DNA of 64,000 nt from an uncultured Victivallis sp. GTDB taxonomy: Bacteria; Verrucomicrobiota; Lentisphaeria; Victivallales; GWF2-50-93. The position numbers were made by a program, and so were the translations under genes. Location: positions 122,416 to 186,415 of the forward strand of contig CAZRKP010000003.1 in assembly GCA_964600895.1 (NCBI GenBank). Reading direction: 5' to 3'. Below the pieces are notes generated by a model. That model ran no database searches. It saw only the letters and a list, made by a program, of their open reading frames with translations, and was not told the DNA's origin. Below, one piece after another: positions 1 through 10,933 of this stretch. Position 1 is the first letter of the stretch. Each line of letters begins with the position of its first letter.

Positions 1-1003
1 CACGGAGAATTTCAGGTGTCCCTCCAATATCAGTACCTATCGCTGGGATACCACATGCCATGGCTTCCACAGTTGAAAGGCCGAATCCTTCCAATTCCCT
101 TGTAGGCATGATGAATAGATCAGCTGCACGGTAACATGAAGGAAGTTTCGATTCCGGAACAAAGCCTGTAAAAATGACATTCTTCTCTAATCCAAGAGAG
201 GCTGAAAGACTCTTCAGTTCGTCTAGTAGAATTCCTGTTCCAACTATCAAAAGCTTCATGTCTTTCACTGCCTTTGATTTCACCAAGGCAAACGCTCTGA
301 TCAGGACGTCCACTCCTGTCCTTGGAATCAGCCGGCGGGACGTCATCAGGACAAAACTGCCTTCGGCAATACCAAATTTTTCCCTTTCCGCCAGTTTTTC
401 TTCTTTATTGGCGACAGGGAAAAATTTATCAGGATCTGCTCCTCCTGGGATAACAGTCATATTTTTCCCTTTGATACCTGGATGTATCTTCAACATCAGG
501 TTCTGCATATACCTTGAGAGGGTGATTATACCGTCGCATAACTTAAGCGCTTCGAGTTCCCGTCTCTTTCTCAGTTCATGCATTATCAAATTGAAAGGAA
601 AGGTCCCGCTTTCATTTATCCTGTGCTCCTCGCACCAAGGAGAATGGAAGTAATATAATTTCTTTGCGGGAACCTTTTCCAGCAAAGAAGTTATTCCAAA
701 TATAGCCGATGAAGAATGTATAATAATGAGGTCAGGCTTATTTTCACCAAGGTAAGTCTTTGTCAGATTTCTGATAGACTGTTTCCGATGAAAATATTTT
801 GGGAGAAACCAAGAATTTCTGCAATTGTAATGATGAAATCTAATCCCATATGGATTCTCATAGTTGCCTGTCTGGTCATTCCTACAGATTACGTCGATCT
901 GATGTCCCTGTGCCGACAGAACCTTTGCAACTTCAATGAAAACCCTTCCGGCACCACCGAAATTCTCAAAGTTGAATCCGTCTATGAATTCAAGGATTTT
1001 CAT
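1..1003 (-). CDS. GT4 glycosyltransferase (partial, runs off left edge)
   Basis: Not in ORF track; I translated it. ATG at 1003 gives MKILEFIDGFNFENFGGAGRVFIEVAKVLSAQGHQIDVIC; the same frame near the edge gives FIMPTRELEGFGLSTVEAMACGIPAIGTDIGGTPEIL (GT4 ExF/E motif). The + ORFs 174-653 and 716-1111 are shadows. Confidence 0.88.
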   Translation of the reverse strand, partial: MKILEFIDGFNFENFGGAGRVFIEVAKVLSAQGHQIDVICRNDQTGNYENPYGIRFHHYNCRNSWFLPKYFHRKQSIRNLTKTYLGENKPDLIIIHSSSAIFGITSLLEKVPAKKLYYFHSPWCEEHRINESGTFPFNLIMHELRKRRELEALKLCDGIITLSRYMQNLMLKIHPGIKGKNMTVIPGGADPDKFFPVANKEEKLAEREKFGIAEGSFVLMTSRRLIPRTGVDVLIRAFALVKSKAVKDMKLLIVGTGILLDELKSLSASLGLEKNVIFTGFVPESKLPSCYRAADLFIMPTRELEGFGLSTVEAMACGIPAIGTDIGGTPEILR

Positions 1004-1173
1004 AATTCTATTAATATAAACCCATTATTGCACGAATCATACGAGAAATCCAAGAACAGCTCTTACGAGCTTAACTACCAGCAAATACAAAATTTCTATA
1101 CCAAGTCGTAGTTAACCCACCTACAGGCAAATTAATGCCATAAGGCATGTTTCAAGATTTGGAATTTGCCCAA

Positions 1174-2310
1174 TCATCCATTCATCCAACCATCCATTTC
1201 CCCAATCTTTAAATATGCATCAGAATATCCCTGGACTACCTTGTCGATATTGAAGTCTATTATTCTTTCAGTCGCGCTATCCGAAAGTTTTTTCCGAAGT
1301 TCCTTGTCTTGTTTAAGCATTTCTATGCCATCTGCAAGTGCAGTTGGATCGGACGGCGACACTAAAAGGGCAGTTTTGCCGTTTTCCACGATTTCAGAAA
1401 TCCCATTCACATCTGTTGATAGTACTGGAATTCCGGCGGCAAAAGCTTCAAGAAGGCATATACCGAACCCCTCCTCTACCGAGGGAAGCACCATCATGTC
1501 TGCAAGAGAGAGAAGTTCTGGAACATCTTCCCTTGTACCAAGGAAAATAAACTTTTTTCCCAGTCCATGTTTTTTAACCTCGTCAAGCATCCCCTCCTTC
1601 TCAGAACCTTCACCAATCAGCAGGAAACGAATGTTGTCATCTTTCAACAATAAGGCTGCTTCAACCAGATACCTATGTCCTTTCTCGCTCTTGAAGTTTG
1701 CAACAGTCATTGCGCAAAAGTTTTCCGGACCTATACCAAAATCAGATCTTTTCAATGCAGCAGAAGCGAAACGTTTGCGGAATTCGCAGATATCAATCCC
1801 ATTATGGACAACTTTCCTCTTCCCTTTGAAAGATGGGTATGTATTAAGAAAAGTCCTTTCCACAGAACTAGAAACTGAAATAATCATCCCAGCCCGTTTT
1901 GCAATCATTTTCATCCAGACGCCATATATTCCACCGGGATCTTTTTCGACCGCATGCACATGCATGATCCTTCCTGGAATACCAGCTAAAGCAGCCGCAG
2001 TCTGGCCTATCAGATGTGAAAGCAAAAGATGGGTATGGACTATGTCGATTTTCTTCTCTTTCAGCAGGCTGATAAGAAAAAGCATCTTGTGAAGGAAATT
2101 TTGCTTGTTGAAGCCAAGGAAGTGGATTTCAAATCCTTCCTTTTCAAGCAGATCTGCATGATATCCCCTGCCAAAGAGGCAGATTATTACAGGATTGATC
2201 CTGCTCCTGTCAAATTTGGGAATTGCCGTAGCAATGGTAGTCCAGCCGCCGATCATGAGATCGTCGAAGATCATCGCGACATTCAGAGGCTCTTGTACTG
2301 TTTTTTCCAT
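1174..2310 (-). CDS. GT4 (RfaB-like) glycosyltransferase
   Basis: DIVHTH motif; LPSVEEGFGICLLEAFAAGIPVLSTDVNGISEIV GT4 signature. Confidence 0.92.
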   Translation of the reverse strand: MEKTVQEPLNVAMIFDDLMIGGWTTIATAIPKFDRSRINPVIICLFGRGYHADLLEKEGFEIHFLGFNKQNFLHKMLFLISLLKEKKIDIVHTHLLLSHLIGQTAAALAGIPGRIMHVHAVEKDPGGIYGVWMKMIAKRAGMIISVSSSVERTFLNTYPSFKGKRKVVHNGIDICEFRKRFASAALKRSDFGIGPENFCAMTVANFKSEKGHRYLVEAALLLKDDNIRFLLIGEGSEKEGMLDEVKKHGLGKKFIFLGTREDVPELLSLADMMVLPSVEEGFGICLLEAFAAGIPVLSTDVNGISEIVENGKTALLVSPSDPTALADGIEMLKQDKELRKKLSDSATERIIDFNIDKVVQGYSDAYLKIGEMDGWMNG

Positions 2311-2330
2311 TCCATCTAAATAATTTTATT

Positions 2331-2396
2331 GACAGGATAACAGGATTATCCAGATGAAATGAATTCATAAGATCATGAAAATCCTGTAATCCAGTC
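2331..2396. repeat. REP-like palindromic element, family A (GACAGGATAACAGGATT ... AATCCTGTAATCCAGTC)
   Basis: 17-bp arms, 15/17 complementary; second copy at 25415-25483. Confidence 0.75.
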
Positions 2397-2475
2397 TACA
2401 TATAAAGGGAACCTCTAAAATATACACTTCTGGCTTTTATATGGAAATACTGATAGCTTATACAATTGAAAGATA

Positions 2476-2520
2476 GTGTCCAAGTGTCAGAGTATCAAAG
2501 TGTCAGAGTATCAGAGTATT
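2476..2520 (+). repeat. Degenerate 8-bp tandem repeat (GTRTCMRA x5 + partial)
   Basis: gtgtccaa gtgtcaga gtatcaaa gtgtcaga gtatcaga gtatt, read directly. Confidence 0.8.
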
Positions 2521-2563
2521 ACGAACGTAGACATTACGCCATATCAATCAATTGAATTTTATC

Positions 2564-3526
2564 ATGAATCTTGAAAGCAATCTTGTATGTCCCAAATGCA
2601 AGAAGGAGCTAAATAAGGACGGAGAAGTCCTAAAATGCTCTTCCTGCTCCTCAACTTTTTCCAAAGCAAGAGGGGTCTGGGATCTGAGGACGGTCCTTTC
2701 CGATACCAAAACCGGATGGGATGCTGAAGACTTCGACCGGATATATGAAATATCCGATAAGGGATTCAAAGATAGGACTGGAAATGCTAATAGCCTAGGC
2801 ATACCGTTGATCGCTGATGCATATCTTGACTCCGAAAAGGAAGGAAAGATAAAAGATTTCATCCAGGAGGAAAAGCCTTCTACTGTTCTTGATTTGGGCT
2901 GCAGTTTCGGATGGTTCTCCTTTGAAATGTCCGAACGTTGCCCGGAAAGTCATTTTTACGGGGTGGACATATCCACCTTCAGGGCCAGACTCTTCCAAGA
3001 GCAGATTTCTGCAAGGAAATGCACGGACAAGATGCTCTCCGCGTCTGCAAATGCCGAAGCCCTGCCATTTGCCGATAATCTATTCAATGTAATAGTTATG
3101 GATGAGGTCATTGAGCACCTTCAGAATCCCTCAAAAGCCATGGTGGAATCAGTTCGTGTCCTCAAACCCGGCGGACATTTAATAATCACTACTCCTTCCT
3201 TATTCATGACAAAATTCTGGAAAGTGTTTGCAATAGTACCGACTTTTCTGAAACGTCTACTCAAAGGTGAGTCTCTTGTCAGGAAAAGAACTATCAAGCT
3301 TCATGAGGAGCTCCTGATATCTTCAGCCATGAAGACATTGTTTGCCAGCTCCGGACTTGAGATCATCCGTTGGGAAAAGGTCATATTCTTCACTCATGAA
3401 TCATATCTTCAATATATTCCTGTCCCATTGATAAGAATCCTGCTTCTAATCGCAAGATTAATTGGAAAAATACCATTTCTTGGTTTCCTTGGCCTGCATC
3501 ACTTCATCATCCTGAAGAAAAAATAA
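2564..3526 (+). CDS. Class I SAM-dependent methyltransferase with N-terminal Trm112-like Zn ribbon
   Basis: CPKC..CSSC ribbon; motif I VLDLGCSFG; AEALPFADNLFNVIVMDEVIEHL. ATG 2564 preferred over TTG 2552. Confidence 0.85.
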   Translation: MNLESNLVCPKCKKELNKDGEVLKCSSCSSTFSKARGVWDLRTVLSDTKTGWDAEDFDRIYEISDKGFKDRTGNANSLGIPLIADAYLDSEKEGKIKDFIQEEKPSTVLDLGCSFGWFSFEMSERCPESHFYGVDISTFRARLFQEQISARKCTDKMLSASANAEALPFADNLFNVIVMDEVIEHLQNPSKAMVESVRVLKPGGHLIITTPSLFMTKFWKVFAIVPTFLKRLLKGESLVRKRTIKLHEELLISSAMKTLFASSGLEIIRWEKVIFFTHESYLQYIPVPLIRILLLIARLIGKIPFLGFLGLHHFIILKKK

Positions 3527-3579
3527 TCACAGCTGAGATACCTGTGCTACACTCCTCCGGAGTGCTATATTATTTATTC

Positions 3580-5067
3580 ATGAAAAAGATATTAATAATT
3601 CTGTTTATAGTCCTTGTTGGACAAGGGCAGGTGTTCTGCCAGTCGCAGTCGTGGCATCCGGGGTTGTTCAGGGTGAATACTACCGTCAGCGCAGGTAGAG
3701 AAAGCATTGAAACTGTAGCTTCCAAAGCCGAAAGAAACGGCATGGAGTTCGTTGTTTTCAGCGACCAGTTCCTTGTGAAGGGGGAATACGGCCTGCCCCC
3801 GTTCAGAAACATCTTGAAAAAGAGCGTTGAAAGACCGAGTATATGCACTTATGGAATTGAATATTACCTGCAGAGGATTGAGGAGACGGGTAGGAAATAT
3901 CCCGGAATCGTGGTCATACCGGGAGCCGACATAGCCCCGCATTACTATTGGAAAGGATCTCCATTCACAGGAAACTTGATGACCAGACAGTTCAGCGAAC
4001 AGCTTACTGTCTTCGGATCATCAGATCCGGAATTCTACCGGAAACTTCCAGTGATACACAACAACTACATGTCTTTTTCATTCTCAAACTTCTTCCTCTC
4101 CATTCTCCCGTTGCTGCTATCCCTGATCGGAGCATTCACCCTCCTCTCGCTGAAAAAGACATATTATGAGGATGCCCAAGGAAATAAATATGTAAAATAT
4201 AAGAAGACAAAGGCTGTCGTCGGGATCATCCTCATCCTAATTGGCATAATCTGGTGCATCAACAACAGGCCTTTTACCTGTAAGTTCGGATACAACCAAT
4301 ATTCCTCATATGGCGCGTCCCCTTACCAGAAGGTTATCGACTATGTCCGGAAGAACGGTGGAGATTCCTCTGGAATCATGTGGTCCGCTCCAGAAGCGAC
4401 GATGAAAGACAAGATCGGCGGAGTATCAATGCTGACGGCACCATACCTTGATGACATCCTCAAAACTGATGGACACAACGGATTTGCAGGAATCTACGGT
4501 GATGTAGCCCATGCCTACGAGCCTGGTAAGGACTGGGACATCATGCTCAAGGAATATTGCTCCGGAAAAAGATCCGTTCGTCCTGTTGTCGTCGGAGAGG
4601 CCGATTACCACGGCAGCGGTGACATCTCCTTCATTCAAACAGTAATCAACTCCAACAAGCTTGATCAGAGGAACGTCGTATCGGCTATCACTGCAGGACG
4701 TTCATATGCCGTATCCTCACAGGGCGGGAACATGATAACCATCCAGAATATCTCGATTGAAAATGGCATTTGCATCTGTGGCCCGGGGGAACTTGTCAAA
4801 TACAGCTCCAGGTTCCCGATGGTCCTGAACATCAAGGGAAAAGTTCAGACTGAAAATAAAATTGAGAAGTTTCCCGGTGAAATAAAGATCATTATCGACG
4901 GCAAGGAGTCTTCCACAAAGAAAATAAACCTCTCAAATTTTACCTTGCTGGATCAGATACCGGCAACTGAATTCGACAAGGATCTCAAACGACATTATAT
5001 AAGGTTTTATATAAAAACATATGGTGCTGGACTTTTGATATCCAATCCCATATTCGTTGAATTATAA
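3580..5067 (+). CDS. Exported/membrane PHP-fold-like protein with degenerate metal motifs
   Basis: Signal peptide MKKILIILFIVLVG; PHP-like spacing (RVNTTVSAG / FVVFSDQ / GEADYH); two internal TM segments. Confidence 0.5.
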   Translation: MKKILIILFIVLVGQGQVFCQSQSWHPGLFRVNTTVSAGRESIETVASKAERNGMEFVVFSDQFLVKGEYGLPPFRNILKKSVERPSICTYGIEYYLQRIEETGRKYPGIVVIPGADIAPHYYWKGSPFTGNLMTRQFSEQLTVFGSSDPEFYRKLPVIHNNYMSFSFSNFFLSILPLLLSLIGAFTLLSLKKTYYEDAQGNKYVKYKKTKAVVGIILILIGIIWCINNRPFTCKFGYNQYSSYGASPYQKVIDYVRKNGGDSSGIMWSAPEATMKDKIGGVSMLTAPYLDDILKTDGHNGFAGIYGDVAHAYEPGKDWDIMLKEYCSGKRSVRPVVVGEADYHGSGDISFIQTVINSNKLDQRNVVSAITAGRSYAVSSQGGNMITIQNISIENGICICGPGELVKYSSRFPMVLNIKGKVQTENKIEKFPGEIKIIIDGKESSTKKINLSNFTLLDQIPATEFDKDLKRHYIRFYIKTYGAGLLISNPIFVEL

Positions 5068-6830
5068 TGTCCAAATATCTTAAAATATCGGCAATTTCCC
5101 TAATCCTTCTCGGTATTCTGCTGAGGGTGCTTGTCATTTATCAAAGTGGGCCTCCTCCGCATTATGAACTAAATCCCTATGCGGATGAAATAAATTACAT
5201 GGAACTTGCCACCAACATCTCCTCCTGCAAATATTACGGTTCCTGGTCGGAAGGATTCTTCACTCAGTCATCAAGATCCCCCGGATATCCCGTATTTCTT
5301 GCAGCCATAAACAAGATTACAGGAAAAAGTCCGACATCATTTGCCCTGACATTGAACCTTATCCTTGATTTAATTAATATCTTCCTGGTCTACCTGCTGG
5401 GCAGAAAAATATTCGGCAATAAGACAGGTCTCCTCTCCGCCCTGCTCTATGCCACCCTTGGAGCAGCATTTATCTATGTTAAATTTGCAACATCTGAAAT
5501 ATTCGCCATGACCCTTCTCCTTCTTTCGTGCTATTTCCTATCTTCAATCAGGAATTCATACTTGTCATCCACCATTGGCTTCGCAGTGACTTTCGCTTTC
5601 CTGATCCATACAAAGCCTGTCTTCCTGCTCGTAACCCCGTTCATGCTGATTTCACTATATTTATGCATAAATACTGAAAAGACATATTCAAGGCTGCTGA
5701 AATCCGCCATACCGGTCTTAATCATTTTCATACTATGTATTCCCTGGGCAATAAGGAACTATGTCGTACACAGGACGCTGATCCCAGTCTGCACATTTTC
5801 CGGCTGGCATCTGCTTGTCAGCGCTGAAGGAAAAGATGAACTTTCATCTGAAAAACTCACCAATTACATCTATGATCCCAAACGCAGTGATTTCACCGAA
5901 GGGCAATATTACAGGGAGAGCGAGGATGTTCTCATAAAAAGCGTTTTCTCACATCCGATAAATTTTCTCGCTTCTGGAATATACAGGATATGTTATCACT
6001 GGCTCCCCAGGGAACCATACCTCCGCATTTTCCAACCCAAGGCATATCTGATGCCGATCTACATTACCGACAAAATCTTTGTTCCTGTTCCAGACTTCGA
6101 GGGAATCCTATATGTCTTACTGATAATTGCCGTCATTGCGGCAATACGTCTGAAGAAAATATTCATCGCTACATTCAGGAAATGGCTCCTCCCAAGTGCA
6201 CCTTTCATAATCCTCATCATCTTCTACACCGTCGTCCACTTATTCGGTGTCCCGCTCGAACAATATAGGTTCATCATTGAACCACTTTTCATAATACTGG
6301 CATGTGGTTTCGCATTCACCTTCTTTTCAGAGGAAACACAACCTTCGGGGAAGTCTTTTTCCGCAAAAGATGCCACTTATGATTTCACAGTCCCTGCGTT
6401 TATGCTGCTTATCGTTGGAATTGCCACTTTGGGCAAGGCATCCCTCTTTTCCTATACCTACCCGAAAACACCTGTTGATCCTGCTTGTATGTCTTATGCG
6501 GAGCTACGCATTACGCAAATGAAAAATCTCGGTAATATCCCCAAAAACACAGTATGCGAGACCATGGGAGAGGTAAAATATATTCGCAAAGATCTTGAGT
6601 TTGACGCAAACCTGAACAGGGCTGAAAAGAAGAAAGGATCTGCTGTCGCTAAACTTTATATAAAACTTTATGATCCTGAAAATCCCAAAGGGATAGGGGA
6701 CATGAAGCTTAATTTCATAGATGGTGACTTCCCTTATGAGGGAGACTTCATAAAAGTAAAAGGCCCGGTTTACACCGGAGAATACAAGGATATAATAATG
6801 CACGTTGAACAATGGGAGAAACTAAAATGA
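5067..6830 (+). CDS. GT-C (ArnT/PMT, GT39-like) polytopic membrane glycosyltransferase
   Basis: First-loop ADEINY acidic motif, RSPGYP, SE motif, PWAIRNY, YR-F; many TM helices; soluble C-terminal domain. Confidence 0.7.
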   Translation: MSKYLKISAISLILLGILLRVLVIYQSGPPPHYELNPYADEINYMELATNISSCKYYGSWSEGFFTQSSRSPGYPVFLAAINKITGKSPTSFALTLNLILDLINIFLVYLLGRKIFGNKTGLLSALLYATLGAAFIYVKFATSEIFAMTLLLLSCYFLSSIRNSYLSSTIGFAVTFAFLIHTKPVFLLVTPFMLISLYLCINTEKTYSRLLKSAIPVLIIFILCIPWAIRNYVVHRTLIPVCTFSGWHLLVSAEGKDELSSEKLTNYIYDPKRSDFTEGQYYRESEDVLIKSVFSHPINFLASGIYRICYHWLPREPYLRIFQPKAYLMPIYITDKIFVPVPDFEGILYVLLIIAVIAAIRLKKIFIATFRKWLLPSAPFIILIIFYTVVHLFGVPLEQYRFIIEPLFIILACGFAFTFFSEETQPSGKSFSAKDATYDFTVPAFMLLIVGIATLGKASLFSYTYPKTPVDPACMSYAELRITQMKNLGNIPKNTVCETMGEVKYIRKDLEFDANLNRAEKKKGSAVAKLYIKLYDPENPKGIGDMKLNFIDGDFPYEGDFIKVKGPVYTGEYKDIIMHVEQWEKLK

Positions 6831-9244
6831 AATTCGGTTATTTCGATGATGTTAGACGTGAATATGTGATCCAGTCCCCGCAAACACCCTTTCCCTGGAT
6901 AAATTATCTGGGCAGCGAAAAGATGTTCGGGTTGATATCAAACACCGCAGGCGGTTACAACTTCTATCGCGACGCCAAGCTCAGGAGACTCACCCGCTAT
7001 CGCTATAATAATATTCCCGCCGACTCAAACGGCAGATATTTTTATATCAGGGAGCAGAGCGGTTCCTTCTGGAGCCCGACCTGGCAGCCGGTAAAGACCA
7101 AACTTGATAAGTATTCCTGCAGGCATGGTCTTGGATACACGACTGTCGAATCAGAAAGGAACAAGATAAGATCTGAGATAACCTATTTCATCCCACTCGG
7201 AGAAAACATCGAAATCCACAGGGTCAGACTAACCAACACCGGCTCCTCCGCAAAGAAAATCAGCCTCTTCTCATTCCTCGAGTTCTGTCTCTGGAACGCC
7301 GACGGCGATGACCGCAACTTCCAGCGAAACCTAAGCATCGGTGAAGTAGAGGTTAAGAATTCGTTCATCTTCCATAAGACTGAGTACCGTGAACGCCGCA
7401 ATCATTATGCCTATTATGCCGTCAACCGGAAGATAAATTCATTTGACACCGACCGCGACTCGTTCATAGGAAACTACCGCAGTCTTGAAAATCCTATTGC
7501 TCTAGAGAACGGAACCTGTTCCGATTCCGTCGCATCCGGTTGGGCGCCTGTTGCATCGTTCTGCCTGAACATCAATCTGAAACCCGGAAAATCAGAAGAA
7601 CTCATCTTTGCTCTTGGATACATCGAGGTTCCGAAAAATGCGAAATTCACAAAGCCAGGAATCATCAACAAGAAACCTGCGGAGAAACAATTTGCGAAAT
7701 TCGCAGATTCTGCGAAAGTCTCAAAGGCTCTCTCGGATCTCAGCAAGCACTGGGACAAACTGCTGTCAGTATATACTATAAAATCTTCTGACGAAAGACT
7801 TGCAAGGATGGTCAATATCTGGAATCCATACCAGTGCATGGTTACGTTCAACATGTCTCGCAGTGCCTCATTCTTCGAATCCGGAATCGGACGTGGCATG
7901 GGGTTTCGTGATTCTAACCAAGATCTACTCGGTTTTGTCCATCAGATCCCGGAACGCGCGAAGGAAAGGATCCTCGACATCGCAGCCACCCAGCTCTCCG
8001 ATGGCGGTGCATACCACCAGTATCAACCTCTTACGAAACGTGGTAATTCCGATATAGGTTCAAATTTCAACGATGACCCTCTCTGGCTGATCCTCGGTGT
8101 CGGAGCCTACATCCGCGAGACAGGAGATTTCTCGATCCTGAAAGAGAAAGTTCCCTATGAAAACAACGACAAGCTTGCAAAACCGCTGCTTGATCATCTT
8201 TTCCGTTCGTATAAATTCACATTGAACAATCTCGGTCCACACAAGCTTCCCTTGATAGGCAGGGCCGACTGGAACGACTGCCTGAACCTCAACTGTTTCT
8301 CGGAGGAGCCAGATGAACCGTTCCAGACCACAGGAAACCGTCAGGGAAGGACTGCCGAGTCACTGATGATAGCCGGTCTCTTTGTCTATACCTGCAAGGA
8401 ATTCAGTAACTTGCTTGATACTATCGGCGACGGAGAGAATGCCCGTGAAGTTCGCAAATCCGCTGAACAGATGGTCAAGGCCGTTGAAAAGTCCGGTCTT
8501 GACAATGAATGGTTCCTGCGTGCATATGACTTCTTCGGGCACAAAGTCGGCAGCAGCAGCAATCCTGACGGAAAGATCTACATCGAATCCCAGGGCTGGT
8601 GCGTGATGGCTGAGATCGGGGTAAAGAACGGTTTCGCACGCAAGGCGCTTGATTCAGCCAGGAAGCATCTCGGAACCAGGCATGGGCTTGTCCTTCAGGA
8701 TCCCCCTCACAGGGACTATCATATTGAACTCGGAGAAGTCTCATCATATCCTCCGGGATACAAGGAGAACGGTGGAATTTTCTGCCATAACAATCCTTGG
8801 ATCATGATCGCGGAAACCGTCCTTGGAAACGGCGACTATGCCTTTGACTATTACAAGAAAATATGTCCGGCATACCGCGAGGACATCAGCGACCTTCATA
8901 AGATGGAGCCCTACGTCTATTCGCAGATGATCGCCGGCAAGGCCGCACCGAGGCACGGTGAAGCGAAGAACAGCTGGCTTACCGGAACGGCCGCATGGAA
9001 TTATGTGGCCATAACCCAGCACATACTTGGAATACGACCCGGATACAAAGGCTTGGTGATAAAACCATGTCTCCCGAAGGAAATCAAGGAACTCGAAATT
9101 GAACGCAAGTTCCGCAAATGCACTTATAAGATAAGTGTAAAACGCGGAGCTTCGAAGGGGATATTTGTGGATGGGAAAAAATCAGAAACTGCGGAAATTC
9201 CCCCACATGCCGGGAAGAAGATCTCCGTGCAGGTGATAATCTGA
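6827..9244 (+). CDS. cbp: Cellobiose phosphorylase (GH94)
   Basis: [64 protein letters not shown] match cellobiose phosphorylases as I recall them. ATG 6827 overlaps the upstream TGA. Confidence 0.93.
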   Translation: MKFGYFDDVRREYVIQSPQTPFPWINYLGSEKMFGLISNTAGGYNFYRDAKLRRLTRYRYNNIPADSNGRYFYIREQSGSFWSPTWQPVKTKLDKYSCRHGLGYTTVESERNKIRSEITYFIPLGENIEIHRVRLTNTGSSAKKISLFSFLEFCLWNADGDDRNFQRNLSIGEVEVKNSFIFHKTEYRERRNHYAYYAVNRKINSFDTDRDSFIGNYRSLENPIALENGTCSDSVASGWAPVASFCLNINLKPGKSEELIFALGYIEVPKNAKFTKPGIINKKPAEKQFAKFADSAKVSKALSDLSKHWDKLLSVYTIKSSDERLARMVNIWNPYQCMVTFNMSRSASFFESGIGRGMGFRDSNQDLLGFVHQIPERAKERILDIAATQLSDGGAYHQYQPLTKRGNSDIGSNFNDDPLWLILGVGAYIRETGDFSILKEKVPYENNDKLAKPLLDHLFRSYKFTLNNLGPHKLPLIGRADWNDCLNLNCFSEEPDEPFQTTGNRQGRTAESLMIAGLFVYTCKEFSNLLDTIGDGENAREVRKSAEQMVKAVEKSGLDNEWFLRAYDFFGHKVGSSSNPDGKIYIESQGWCVMAEIGVKNGFARKALDSARKHLGTRHGLVLQDPPHRDYHIELGEVSSYPPGYKENGGIFCHNNPWIMIAETVLGNGDYAFDYYKKICPAYREDISDLHKMEPYVYSQMIAGKAAPRHGEAKNSWLTGTAAWNYVAITQHILGIRPGYKGLVIKPCLPKEIKELEIERKFRKCTYKISVKRGASKGIFVDGKKSETAEIPPHAGKKISVQVII

Positions 9245-9265
9245 TAAAACTAAAATTCACAAGAA

Positions 9266-9308
9266 AACCACAGAGTTCTCAGAGGATATCTCTGTGTATT
9301 CTGTGGTT
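9266..9308. repeat. REP-like palindromic element, family B (AACCACAGA ... TCTGTGGTT)
   Basis: Perfect 9-bp outer arms plus inner CAGAG/CTCTG pair; related sequences at 10855-10875 and 29678-29809. Confidence 0.8.
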
Positions 9309-9338
9309 AATGGTTTTCTGAACTAAGAGGATGGTAAA

Positions 9339-10835
9339 ATGGAAAACACACATGCAATCTCCGAAGTCCACCAGAAACGTTTGTTCATAGGAAGCTGCAT
9401 GTCCTTGATATCTACTTCGGTGGCATTTGCCGTCGTCGGCGACATCATGGGAACGCTGAAGACCTCTTTCATCCTAACGAACGAACAGGTCGGACAAATC
9501 GGCGGCGCGGCGCTCTGGGGTTTCACACTTTCAATCATTGTGCTTGGTCCCTTGTGTGATGTACTCGGAATGCGCAACCTTCTGAGATTCTCGTTCCTCT
9601 GCCATCTCGCCGGACCTTTGCTGATGATTTTCGCCGGTGGATTCTGGCAGTTGTTCGCCGGGGCTCTGATCCTCGCCCTTGGCAATGGCACGATCGAAGC
9701 CGTATGTAATCCTCTCGTTGCAACCTTGTATCCGGAAAGAAAGACCCAAATGTTGAACAGATTCCATGTATGGTTCCCGGGAGGCATAGTCATCGGTGGG
9801 CTTCTCTGCTTCATTCTCGGACAACTCGGGATAATGTCATATCAGATCCGCTTAGCCCTAATACTTGTTCCCACCATAATCTATGGAATACTATTTATCG
9901 GGCAGAAATTTCCGGTGACAGAACGCGTGCAATCCGGAGTTTCTTTCGGAGGAATGATGGCTGCGACCTTCGGGCGCCCATTGTTCATTATCCTCTTTCT
10001 CTGCATGGGGATAACCGCATCACTTGAACTAGGCCCAAACCGGTGGATACCGTCGATCCTTCAGTCCGGTGGAATGCATGGAATTCTAGTGCTGGTCTGG
10101 ATATCAGGGCTTATGGCGGTACTTCGCTTCTTCGCCGGTCCGATAGTTCACAGGCTTTCACCTACTGGAATGCTGGTCGCTTCCGCAATCCTTTCTGGCC
10201 TTGGACTTTTCTGGCTGAGTTTTGCTGAAACGATGAGTATCGCACTCATTTCCGCCACGGTTTTCGCGCTTGGGGTGTGTTATTTCTGGCCAACAATGCT
10301 CGGAGTTGTTTCCGAACGTGTCCCAAAAGGAGGAGCCCTGGCACTCGCACTCATGGGAGGTATGGGCATGCTGGCATCAGGCATGCTCGCTTCTCCATGG
10401 CTTGGTAAAGTTGCAGACGAATATCTTCCCCAGAAACTCGATTATGACAAGACTACCGCAGTTCTCGTCAATGTCGTCAATGTCTATACTCCAATAGCCC
10501 TTAAATCGAATGAACCGTTCAAGAAGGAGATTAATTCCGCGATAGAAGATGCCAGAAATGTTCTGGCTGAGGCTAGAAAAACAAATTCTCTTCCTTCCGA
10601 AACGGCAAATGCCTTGCGCCATGCCATCGGGGCTGCGGCTTCCGCACCTGGCTCGAAACAGGCGTCCGAGCTGGTTGTAGAAGTAAAGAAAGTGCTAGAT
10701 CCGGCTGACAACTTCGGTGGACGCATGTCATTCCGCAGGCTTGCTCCGTTCTCTCTGATTATAATTATTGTTTTCGGAACTCTCTATTTCATGGACAGGA
10801 GAAAAGGCGGATATAAGGTTGAGAAGATTGCATGA
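9339..10835 (+). CDS. MFS transporter (sugar-permease-like)
   Basis: About 12 hydrophobic segments; GNGTIEAVCNPLVATLYP and FHVWFPGGIVIGG typical of GluP/FucP-like MFS; follows cbp. Confidence 0.85.
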   Translation: MENTHAISEVHQKRLFIGSCMSLISTSVAFAVVGDIMGTLKTSFILTNEQVGQIGGAALWGFTLSIIVLGPLCDVLGMRNLLRFSFLCHLAGPLLMIFAGGFWQLFAGALILALGNGTIEAVCNPLVATLYPERKTQMLNRFHVWFPGGIVIGGLLCFILGQLGIMSYQIRLALILVPTIIYGILFIGQKFPVTERVQSGVSFGGMMAATFGRPLFIILFLCMGITASLELGPNRWIPSILQSGGMHGILVLVWISGLMAVLRFFAGPIVHRLSPTGMLVASAILSGLGLFWLSFAETMSIALISATVFALGVCYFWPTMLGVVSERVPKGGALALALMGGMGMLASGMLASPWLGKVADEYLPQKLDYDKTTAVLVNVVNVYTPIALKSNEPFKKEINSAIEDARNVLAEARKTNSLPSETANALRHAIGAAASAPGSKQASELVVEVKKVLDPADNFGGRMSFRRLAPFSLIIIIVFGTLYFMDRRKGGYKVEKIA

Positions 10836-10854
10836 TTAGATGACTGGGAATATT

Positions 10855-10875
10855 TCTCCGTGTTCTGTGGTGAAA
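10855..10875. repeat. Half copy of family B element (TCTCCGTGTTCTGTGGTGAAA)
   Basis: Resembles the right arm of the element at 9266-9308. Confidence 0.5.
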
Positions 10876-10933
10876 ATATTCTTCTTTAGTTTATTGTATC
10901 CCAAATCATTTTCTTTTTTTAGGATTTCAACAT

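Noticed and set aside
174-2092. Long + strand ORFs 174-653, 716-1111, 1166-2092
   Set aside because: Antisense shadows of the two GT4 genes; Ser/Ile-rich and without family motifs. The same applies to most short overlapping ORFs in the track.
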